In this document: positions 25,118 through 32,000 of the stretch, piece after piece
How the letters are laid out: each line of letters starts with the position of its first letter
Position numbering within the stretch: position 1 is the stretch's first letter
Assembly (NCBI GenBank): GCA_964551375.1
Contig: CAZKBG010000001.1
Span: forward strand, 330,001-362,000
Length of the DNA stretch: 32,000 nucleotides
Direction: 5' to 3'
Source: an uncultured archaeon
GTDB lineage: Archaea; Iainarchaeota; Iainarchaeia; Iainarchaeales; JAAZKV01
Made by a program: the position numbers and the translations under genes
The notes under the pieces: generated by a model
What the model was told of the DNA's origin: nothing
Seen by the model: the letters and a program-made list of their open reading frames with translations, nothing else
Database searches by the model: none

Positions 25118-25882
25118 ATGGCTAAAGTGAACGGCAAAAACATTATGCTTACAAGCGAAGAGGCTTCAATGCTTGAAGAAGGACACGAATTTGAACTCAT
25201 TCCAAACCAAAAAGGAATGTTCCTCTTAATCGACAAGGAAAAGATTAATGAAAAAGAAGCCCCAAAGCCAAAGCATGAGGAAAAAAACGCTGAAGAGAAA
25301 GAACAAGTAATCGGGCTTATAAAAAAAGCAAGGCTCTCAGACCTTGTGGAAGGAAAATTTGAAACCACGCTTGATGAAAAGCAAAAAAAAGCGCTTTTAT
25401 CCCTTGTTGTGGAAGGAAAAGTATTTGTATTCAAATTAAATGAAACCTACAAAAAAGGAGTTTATAGAGTAAAGGATGAAATTATTGAAGAAGCGAAAAG
25501 AGAAAAAAAAGAGTCAGAAGATTTTAACGCGCCTGAAAAAGAATCAAACGCATACAACCTTGGAGCAGACGGATTTATGATTATCAAAGGAAAGGACGGG
25601 GCAAGCAGAGCAAGCCACGAATTTGAAAGAGATATTAAAGAAGGACTCTTAAGAGGAATTCGAAGCTTTGACGGAAACTATTATTTAATCCAAACTGATT
25701 TACTCATACCTTATCTAAACAAATCAGTAATGTCATTCGCTCAAAAAGAAAACCAGACAATTGAAGAGCTGGCGCAGAATTTGAAAGTTTCCAAAGTTCT
25801 GACAAGAATCGTCTGCGAATTTTTAAAAGACGAAGGCGAGCTGATGGAAAAGAAAAAAGGAATTTATCACTACATCAAGTAG
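25118..25882 (+). CDS. Uncharacterised protein with possible C-terminal winged-helix domain
   Basis: 254 aa. C-terminus NQTIEELAQNLKVSKVLTRIVCEFLKDEGELMEKKKGIYHYIK has wHTH-like spacing. Confidence 0.5.
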   Translation: MAKVNGKNIMLTSEEASMLEEGHEFELIPNQKGMFLLIDKEKINEKEAPKPKHEEKNAEEKEQVIGLIKKARLSDLVEGKFETTLDEKQKKALLSLVVEGKVFVFKLNETYKKGVYRVKDEIIEEAKREKKESEDFNAPEKESNAYNLGADGFMIIKGKDGASRASHEFERDIKEGLLRGIRSFDGNYYLIQTDLLIPYLNKSVMSFAQKENQTIEELAQNLKVSKVLTRIVCEFLKDEGELMEKKKGIYHYIK

Positions 25883-25972
25883 ACAATAAAAATAACTTCT
25901 TGTAAAAAATTAAATCCCAAGCTAACGTGCGAGTTCTAGACGAGCTCGCCACGAAGCGGCGAAACGCTTCAA

Positions 25973-26043
25973 TGGGGTCACGGGGAATCGAACCCCGTTC
26001 CGACGGTCTGGAGCCGTCTGTACTACCGGTATACTATAACCCC
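25973..26043 (-). tRNA. tRNA-Trp (anticodon CCA), no intron
   Basis: Minus strand: GGGGTTA TA GTAT ACCGGTA GTAC A GACGG CTCCAGA CCGTC GGAA CGGGG TTCGATT CCCCG TGACCCC A. All four stems form and the anticodon loop is CTCCAGA. Confidence 0.92.
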
Positions 26044-26198
26044 TTAAGCCGTCACGCCGGCTTGCGGGCGAGTGTGTCGCGCTCTGCGCTCCACTGGCTT
26101 CGCATTGTTCTTTGCATTAAGTAAAGTTGGAGGAGAAAGTAATTTAAACTTCCTCAAAAGGCAAAGAAAAGAGAATTTTTAAAAAAACAAAAACTTAA

Positions 26199-26480
26199 TC
26201 AGTACCTTATGCAAAATCCGCTGAATGTTTCGCTGTTCTCAACTTCACGAAAACTTACATTATCCACCCGAACCATTCCAGAATGGGATTTTAAAAATGC
26301 CAAAAACTCATCAAGAACTTTTTTCTCGCCCTGAATGCATGCCTCAACCAAATCTTCCCGCATAGCATTTCTCACCCATCCGCTAATCCCCCTTGCCTGG
26401 GCTTCGTTTAAAACAAGCATTCGCATTCCAACGCCCTGAACTCTGCCGTGAAAACTAACAATGTAAGTTGTAAAAGCCAT
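26199..26480 (-). CDS. acyP: Acylphosphatase
   Basis: MAFTTYIVSFHGRVQGVGMRMLVLNEAQARGISGWVRNAMREDLVEACIQG. The canonical (F/G)xVQGVGxR...GxxGWVRN pattern. The start is internal to the 26513 ORF. Confidence 0.8.
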   Translation of the reverse strand: MAFTTYIVSFHGRVQGVGMRMLVLNEAQARGISGWVRNAMREDLVEACIQGEKKVLDEFLAFLKSHSGMVRVDNVSFREVENSETFSGFCIRY

Positions 26481-26680
26481 GCCTAAAAATAACACGAAAG
26501 AGTGTAAAAACATTACTTTTCAAAAGAAAACCCCCCTAAAAACCAAAATGAATTCAAAAAGCAGAGTGTATTATTTGTTACACCAAATACCAAAGATTAA
26601 TTATTAACAAAACAGGATGCATTGATTTAGAAAAGGTGTTAAGTATCGTTCAAAATTGTCCATGAAAGCCACCCTTATAG

Positions 26681-26708
26681 AACTCCTGCTTTAAGTGAGG
26701 CAGGAGTT
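26681..26708. repeat. Intergenic hairpin AACTCCTGC-TTTAAGTGAG-GCAGGAGTT (9 bp stem)
   Basis: Exact complementary arms at 26681-26689 and 26700-26708. Confidence 0.7.
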
Positions 26709-26824
26709 TCTCCTTTGCCCTGCTTTTGCCACAGCCGCTATTTTTACCCAATAATTAACTTTAAATTGGTTAGGTTGTCTCTATACCTATTATTATTGAT
26801 AAACAATATTTTTGGTGAGCAAAA

Positions 26825-29221
26825 GTGATAAGCGAAAAGCGATTTACAAAAGAAATGGAGCTTGCAATACTTGAGCAGTGGAAAAAAGACAGAGAATTTG
26901 CTTTTCACGAAAACAGCGGAAAAACTGTTTATTCAATTGACACCCCTCCGCCGTACATTAACAGCCCTGTTCACATAGGACACGCAAGCACTTATGTAAT
27001 CATGGATTTTATCGCAAGATTTAGAAGAATGATGGGAAATGAAGTATTATTCCCCCTTGGACTTGACCAAAACGGACTTCCAATTGAAATCGGAGCGGAG
27101 AAAAAATACAAACTTGATTTTACAAAAATGAAAAGAGAAGATGTTCTCAACGCATGCAGAAAACTATTAAACGAAACAACAAGCGAGAGCGTTGATTCAT
27201 TTTTCAAATGCGGAATTGGATTTGCATCATGGGAAGAGGGAGAAAAATTAGGAGATATTTACCAGACTGATTCGCCATCATACCGAACAATCACCCAATC
27301 CACATTTATTGACCTTTACAACAAGGGATTAATTTACGAAGCAAACAAAGTTGTTAACTGGGACCCAAAACTGCAGACAACCGTTGCTGATTCTGAAATA
27401 ATTTACGAAGACAGGCCAGGATTTTTCCATGAAATTGCTTTCAAAGTAAAAGGAACTGGCGAAGAAGTGATAATTGCAACAACAAGACCTGAACTTGTAT
27501 GCACATGCGGAATGGTTATTTTTAATCCTGAAGACAAGAGATACCAGAACTTGAAAGGAAAAACACTAATCACACCCTACTTCAATAAAGAAGTCCCATG
27601 CATCGCGCACCCGGCAGCTGAAATTGACAAAGGCACAGGAATTATGATGATGTGCTCATACGGAGACTTAACTGATATTAGATTTTTTATTGAACAGGGA
27701 ATACAAGCTAAAGTTGCTATTAGTAAAGACGGCAAGTTAAACGAACACGCAGGAGATTTGAAAGGATTAACAATTTTGGAAGGAAGAAAAAAGATTGTTG
27801 AAGCAATGCAAATAAGCGGGGAATTAAAGAAAATGACTCCAACCGCAGCGCACAGAACTCCTGTAAGCGAAAGAAGCGGAGCGGCAATTGAATTTATTGA
27901 AATGCCTGAATACTATCTCAAGCAGGTTGAATTTAAAGATGACATGAGAAGAATTGCGCAGGAAGTAAATATTTACTCCCCAAAATCAAGACAAATACTC
28001 CTTGACTGGATTGATTCAGTATCAATTGACTGGCCAATAACAAGAAGAAGATTTTACGCTACTGAAGTACCGGCATGGTACTGCAAAAAGTGCGGAGAAA
28101 TTGCTCTTCCAGAAAAAGGAAAATACGTTCAGCCTTGGAAAGAAGAATACAAAGGAACATGCGCTAAATGCAAAGGAAAAGAATTTCGCGGAGACGAAAG
28201 AGTATTTGACACATGGTTTGATTCAAGCATATCCCCGCTTTACATTTTAGGATATGAAAGATACCCTGAGTTTTTTAAGAAAAATACTCCTTGCAGCCTG
28301 CGCCCCCAGGGAAAGGAAATTGTTAGAACTTGGCTTTACTACACCCTTTTGAAAGATTATTTACTCACAGGCAAAACTATTTTCAAAGATGCTTGGGTTC
28401 ACTTCCACATAGTTGACGAAGCAGGATACAAAATGAGCAAAAGCAAGGGAAACTCAATTGATCCGCACAAAGTTTTAGAAAAATTCGGCGCAAATCCTTT
28501 CAGAGTATGGTGCGCAATAGAAGGAAACCTTGACCGAACAGATTTTAGATGCTCATTTGAAAGAATTGAAAACGCGGGAAAAAATATGGAAAAACTTTGG
28601 AACGTATCAAAATTTGTTTCAATGTTTGAACTTTCAAAAGAGGATGAAAAAAATATTGAGCTGATGGAAATAGACAAATGGGCGCTTATGGAAGTTGACA
28701 AGCTTGTTGAAGAAGCAAAAGCAGGATACAATAGTTATGATTTCCACAACCCAGTTGTTCGAATTGTTAATTTCATCAGAGACGAGTTTGCATCCCACTA
28801 TGTTGAAACTGTAAAAAGAAGAGCTTACAATAACGATGCTTTGATTAAATTCACTCCCGCACAAAGAAACGGAGCTGTAAAAACACTACGCGATACTTTA
28901 CGCACACTTCTTGAATTAATGTACCCAATAACTCCCGCAATGAGCTACTTTATTTACAATCAATTGTTTAACGAAAGAATAATGGATAAAAAATTCCCAA
29001 TTCAAACCGGAATAAACAGCACAATTAACACAAAAGACATGATTGATTTTAATTCAGCTGTTTGGAAAGCAAAAAAAGACGCGGTTTTGAGCCTAAAAGA
29101 CCCAGTGAAAAAAGCAATTGCTCCAAAATCGCTTGAAAGCTTTGCAACAGAACTAAAAGCAATGCATAACATCCTTGAACTTGATTTTAAGGCAAATGAA
29201 AGCACTATTATTGCCAAATAA
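26825..29221 (+). CDS. valS: Valyl-tRNA synthetase (archaeal type)
   Basis: 798 aa, GTG start. TPPPYINSPVHIGHASTYVIMDFIARFRRMMGNEVLFPLGLDQNGLPIE (HIGH motif), IDWPITRRRFYATEVPAWYC, YKMSKSKGNSIDP (KMSKS). Confidence 0.88.
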   Translation: MISEKRFTKEMELAILEQWKKDREFAFHENSGKTVYSIDTPPPYINSPVHIGHASTYVIMDFIARFRRMMGNEVLFPLGLDQNGLPIEIGAEKKYKLDFTKMKREDVLNACRKLLNETTSESVDSFFKCGIGFASWEEGEKLGDIYQTDSPSYRTITQSTFIDLYNKGLIYEANKVVNWDPKLQTTVADSEIIYEDRPGFFHEIAFKVKGTGEEVIIATTRPELVCTCGMVIFNPEDKRYQNLKGKTLITPYFNKEVPCIAHPAAEIDKGTGIMMMCSYGDLTDIRFFIEQGIQAKVAISKDGKLNEHAGDLKGLTILEGRKKIVEAMQISGELKKMTPTAAHRTPVSERSGAAIEFIEMPEYYLKQVEFKDDMRRIAQEVNIYSPKSRQILLDWIDSVSIDWPITRRRFYATEVPAWYCKKCGEIALPEKGKYVQPWKEEYKGTCAKCKGKEFRGDERVFDTWFDSSISPLYILGYERYPEFFKKNTPCSLRPQGKEIVRTWLYYTLLKDYLLTGKTIFKDAWVHFHIVDEAGYKMSKSKGNSIDPHKVLEKFGANPFRVWCAIEGNLDRTDFRCSFERIENAGKNMEKLWNVSKFVSMFELSKEDEKNIELMEIDKWALMEVDKLVEEAKAGYNSYDFHNPVVRIVNFIRDEFASHYVETVKRRAYNNDALIKFTPAQRNGAVKTLRDTLRTLLELMYPITPAMSYFIYNQLFNERIMDKKFPIQTGINSTINTKDMIDFNSAVWKAKKDAVLSLKDPVKKAIAPKSLESFATELKAMHNILELDFKANESTIIAK

Positions 29222-29258
29222 ACCCCCTTCATTTTAGCCAAAACTCCAAAAGGGGAAA

Positions 29259-29269
29259 CCTTTAATATC
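29259..29269 (+). promoter_or_regulatory. Putative TATA box (cctttaatatc)
   Basis: About 21-31 nt upstream of the ATG at 29290. Confidence 0.4.
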
Positions 29270-29289
29270 AATTAATCCTTCACTAATAC

Positions 29290-30606
29290 ATGAAAGGGCA
29301 CAATAAACTTGCATTACTGTTTGTAATGCTTATTTTCTCATGCGTAGCGGCTCTTGCGCTTTCGGCAGATGAGGCAATTGCAATTGCAACTGTTCAAAAC
29401 AACTTTCTTTCAAGCGGAGAAACAGCATCAGTTGCGAAAGAAATGATTTCTTATAACGGCGACAAATTTATCATAGTTGCGGCGCAAAGCAACTCAAAAG
29501 CAAATTGTTACATACCAATAAAGAACCAGACAGGCGAGATTTACTCAAATGATTTGGGAATAAGAGAGCTCATCAAAACAACAATAGTTTATACGCAGAC
29601 TGATTCTCTCAAAAACAGCACAAGAGCGGCAAGCTGGCCGTTTTCATACTCCACTCAAAACTCTCTTGGCGACTGGGCAAATGATTTTACCACCCTAATG
29701 ACGCAGATAATCACAGTTGAAACTGAACTAAATAAAATTAATATGACTGAAGCAAAAGCTCTTGCGGTAAAAGCAAATGAAGCGCAGGCGCTGGCGGAAA
29801 TTACTTCAGATTTATGCGCTGATATTTCAAGAGATGTTGAAAGAGCAAAACAACTGGAGCAGAGCTTTTTAGACAGCCCTGATTCAAATGAAGTTTCAAA
29901 ATATGAAACGGCCTATAAAAATTATTTTGAAAAAATCAGCGAGCTGAAAAACAATTACACAGAGCTTGACAACAGGCTTAATGTTCTAAGCCAAGGAATT
30001 GGAAGCCTTGAAACAAACCAGCTAACAATTGACCAGAAAAGAGGACTGTTAAATTTACTTTCAATGCCTGTTAATGCTTCAAGACTCCCTTCATTTTTCA
30101 ACGAAAGCGTTCAATTAAGAACCACAATTGAAGGAATTTTCAGCGATGCAAAAAACAGCGACAGCTATGCTTCAACACTTGCTTCAAGAAAAAACAGAAA
30201 CGAAGCATGGAAAGCATTATACGGATACAACGAAAGCCTTGTAAAACTTGACAAGAGCTTCACTACACTTGAAAACGCAAGCAACGCAATACTGCTTGAA
30301 GAAAATGTGAATTTATGGGTTAATCAGGACGGAGTTGAGGCATTGAAAATAAACTGGAGCTCCGCAAAAAACAGATACAGCACTGCAGAATATGAAAAAG
30401 CAAGGGATTTTGCGTCAAGAGCAAAAAAGAATGTTGAACAAATAATGGCTGAAGGAGTGGTTCCAGCAGTGGACAATTCGCAGGACTTAATAGTAAAAGT
30501 AATAGGCGGGCTGATTGCAGCAGTGGTGATTATATTTGTTATTGAAAAACTATTCCTTAAGAAAAAGAAAAAACCGGAGGAATACGATGAAGCAGAATAT
30601 AACTAA
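29290..30606 (+). CDS. Anchored extracytoplasmic protein with helical/coiled-coil-like central region
   Basis: 438 aa. Signal-like N-terminus KLALLFVMLIFSCVAALALS, C-terminal TM VIGGLIAAVVIIFVIEKLFL followed by KKKKK tail. Confidence 0.65.
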   Translation: MKGHNKLALLFVMLIFSCVAALALSADEAIAIATVQNNFLSSGETASVAKEMISYNGDKFIIVAAQSNSKANCYIPIKNQTGEIYSNDLGIRELIKTTIVYTQTDSLKNSTRAASWPFSYSTQNSLGDWANDFTTLMTQIITVETELNKINMTEAKALAVKANEAQALAEITSDLCADISRDVERAKQLEQSFLDSPDSNEVSKYETAYKNYFEKISELKNNYTELDNRLNVLSQGIGSLETNQLTIDQKRGLLNLLSMPVNASRLPSFFNESVQLRTTIEGIFSDAKNSDSYASTLASRKNRNEAWKALYGYNESLVKLDKSFTTLENASNAILLEENVNLWVNQDGVEALKINWSSAKNRYSTAEYEKARDFASRAKKNVEQIMAEGVVPAVDNSQDLIVKVIGGLIAAVVIIFVIEKLFLKKKKKPEEYDEAEYN

Positions 30607-31438
30607 ACTAATATCAACTGCGCTGATGTTTTCGCTTGTCCTATTCATTGCATTAAATGTTAATTCCCAAATACTTGCAAGCGCATCAACTGACAAAAAG
30701 ACTTTTGGAGAAAATGAAGTGGGGCTTTTGACTGTAAAATTAATGAACGACTCCGAAATTGAGCTTAAAGGAGTGGCGCTAAGAATACAGGGCGATGAAG
30801 GAATAGTGTTTTATGAAGGAATGCAGGAAGTTCCGCTTTACCTAAAGACAATTGATTCATTAAAACAAAACGAAGTAAAGCAGATTGTCATAAAATTCAA
30901 ATCTACTCTGGCAAAAAAGGCAACTTCAAACATTTACGCTTATTATGGAAAAGTATCAGAACTTACAACCGCATCAGTAACAATGATTGAAACAAAACCA
31001 AGCCCTGTTTTTATTGAAACAAGCACAAAAAGAAGCACTGTTAACTCAAACGAGCAGATAGAAATTGATTACACTCTTACAAACGGAAACAACACGCCAA
31101 TTTATGGAGTAAGCGCTGAAATGATTGCCCCAATCGGGTTTGAAATTATAACCCCTCAGGTAAAGGAAGAAGTTGTTTCTCCAAAAGGAGAAATGCACCA
31201 GAAATTCAAAGTAATCGCGCCCGAAAAATCGGCAGGAGAACAGCAAATAATAATTGCATACGGATACTTTGACGCAAACACTCCCCACTACTTTGAAAAA
31301 ACATTCAAATTCAATATTGAAAGACCAAATTACCAATTGATAATCCTTATCGGAGTAGTTGTGCTCATTGTCGCAGGATATTTATTTTTTAGAAAAGGAA
31401 AAGGCTCAGGCGTTGTAGGCACAGACGGCAAAAAATAG
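30587..31438 (+). CDS. Anchored extracytoplasmic protein with Ig-like/COG1361-like domains
   Basis: ATG at 30587, preceded by GGAGG at 30576-30580: MKQNITKLISTALMFSLVLFIALNVNSQILA. C-terminal TM (YQLIILIGVVVLIVAGYLFF) and basic tail. Overlaps the upstream gene by 20 nt. Confidence 0.65.
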   Translation: MKQNITKLISTALMFSLVLFIALNVNSQILASASTDKKTFGENEVGLLTVKLMNDSEIELKGVALRIQGDEGIVFYEGMQEVPLYLKTIDSLKQNEVKQIVIKFKSTLAKKATSNIYAYYGKVSELTTASVTMIETKPSPVFIETSTKRSTVNSNEQIEIDYTLTNGNNTPIYGVSAEMIAPIGFEIITPQVKEEVVSPKGEMHQKFKVIAPEKSAGEQQIIIAYGYFDANTPHYFEKTFKFNIERPNYQLIILIGVVVLIVAGYLFFRKGKGSGVVGTDGKK

Positions 31439-31463
31439 TTCTCTAGAAAATAAACTGCTAAAA

Positions 31464-32000
31464 TTAAACTGCTATCTCAACAATATCCTTGTTTTTCAAA
31501 ACGTATTCAGGACCCACCCTCTGCCCTTCAAATTTAGCTGAGCCCCAAACTTTTGCAAATTTTAAATTCTTCGCAAAATCCTTGTGAAGAACCTGCGCAA
31601 CATCAAGAACTGTGGAGCCTTTTGGAAGAGCGAGCGGCTCATTCATATCAGCGTCATGCCCGGGGCGTTTTGTATAAACCAAAATCTTATCAAGCATCAA
31701 AAAGATTGCGTCCTTTAAATTTACAAGAAGATGGTCGGTGATATCATAAGGATTTACAAATAACGCTTTCTTATAGCAGATTTTTTCATTCATCGCTTCA
31801 GAAACCTCATTAAGCGAATTTATTTTTCCAGAAACAAGAACCTGCGCATTGTTAAATCCGGAATTTTTTAAGTACTGCTCAAGCTGCTCCGCGGGAAAGG
31901 CCAAGTGCTCTTTTCCGGACATTTGAATCCCGGGAAATGAAGAAACTTTAACTGAAATCGGAGGGCGGGTTTTATTTACATAAATATAGGACTTTGCAAG
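31464..32000 (-). CDS. DRG/Obg-type GTP-binding protein, C-terminal part with TGS domain; N-terminus lies outside the window
   Basis: The frame is open past the annotated Met to the window edge (...LAKSYIYVNKTRPPISVKVSSFPGIQMSGKEHLAFPAEQL...). TGS region ILVYTKRPGHDADMNEPLALPKGSTVLDVAQVLHKDFAKNLKFAKVWGSAKFEGQRVGPEYVLKNKDIVEI. Confidence 0.7.
   Translation of the reverse strand, partial: LAKSYIYVNKTRPPISVKVSSFPGIQMSGKEHLAFPAEQLEQYLKNSGFNNAQVLVSGKINSLNEVSEAMNEKICYKKALFVNPYDITDHLLVNLKDAIFLMLDKILVYTKRPGHDADMNEPLALPKGSTVLDVAQVLHKDFAKNLKFAKVWGSAKFEGQRVGPEYVLKNKDIVEIAV

Noticed and set aside
25927-26124. 65-aa ORF (MRVLDELATKRRNASMGSRGIEPRSDGLEPSV...)
   Set aside because: It is the antisense read-through of tRNA-Trp and its flanks; GIEPRSDGLEPS is a classic tRNA-overlap artefact.
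28399-29271. Antisense ORFs over valS
   Set aside because: Shadow ORFs of a clearly conserved aminoacyl-tRNA synthetase.

Overview
This 32 kb, AT-rich window looks archaeal. Evidence: NucS, archaeal-type Pus10, archaeal-type valyl-tRNA synthetase, TraB-domain protein, a DRG/Obg-type GTPase C-terminus, canonical archaeal TATA boxes close to start codons, and compact genes with many short secreted or membrane proteins. A DPANN-type lineage is plausible but is only an inference. Left part (1-14 kb): M18 and M24 peptidases, NucS, isochorismatase-like hydrolase, Pus10, a DapA/NAL-fold protein, two HAD-fold proteins, TraB protein, CDP-alcohol phosphatidyltransferase, PHP protein, SufS-like cysteine desulfurase and a possible YbaK-like protein. 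Middle (14.1-25 kb, all minus strand): a run of six signal-peptide or TM-anchored, mostly uncharacterised extracytoplasmic proteins (218, 1271, 84, 225, 828 and 851 aa), flanked by a divergently transcribed putative winged-helix protein. Right part: tRNA-Trp(CCA), acylphosphatase, valS, a second pair of anchored surface proteins, and the C-terminus of a DRG-like GTPase. No CRISPR array, rRNA or intact transposase was found. Strongest leads: (i) two adjacent co-directional enzyme-fold genes, a HAD protein with DxD changed to ExE and a DapA/NAL protein with the Schiff-base Lys changed to Ile; (ii) the minus-strand surface-protein locus, including a canonical TATA box followed by two tandem stem-loops in the predicted 5' leader. 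The supplied ORF track gives the wrong strand for three large ORFs (4549..5694, 16817..19303, 20482..24315). Their listed proteins are encoded on the minus strand.
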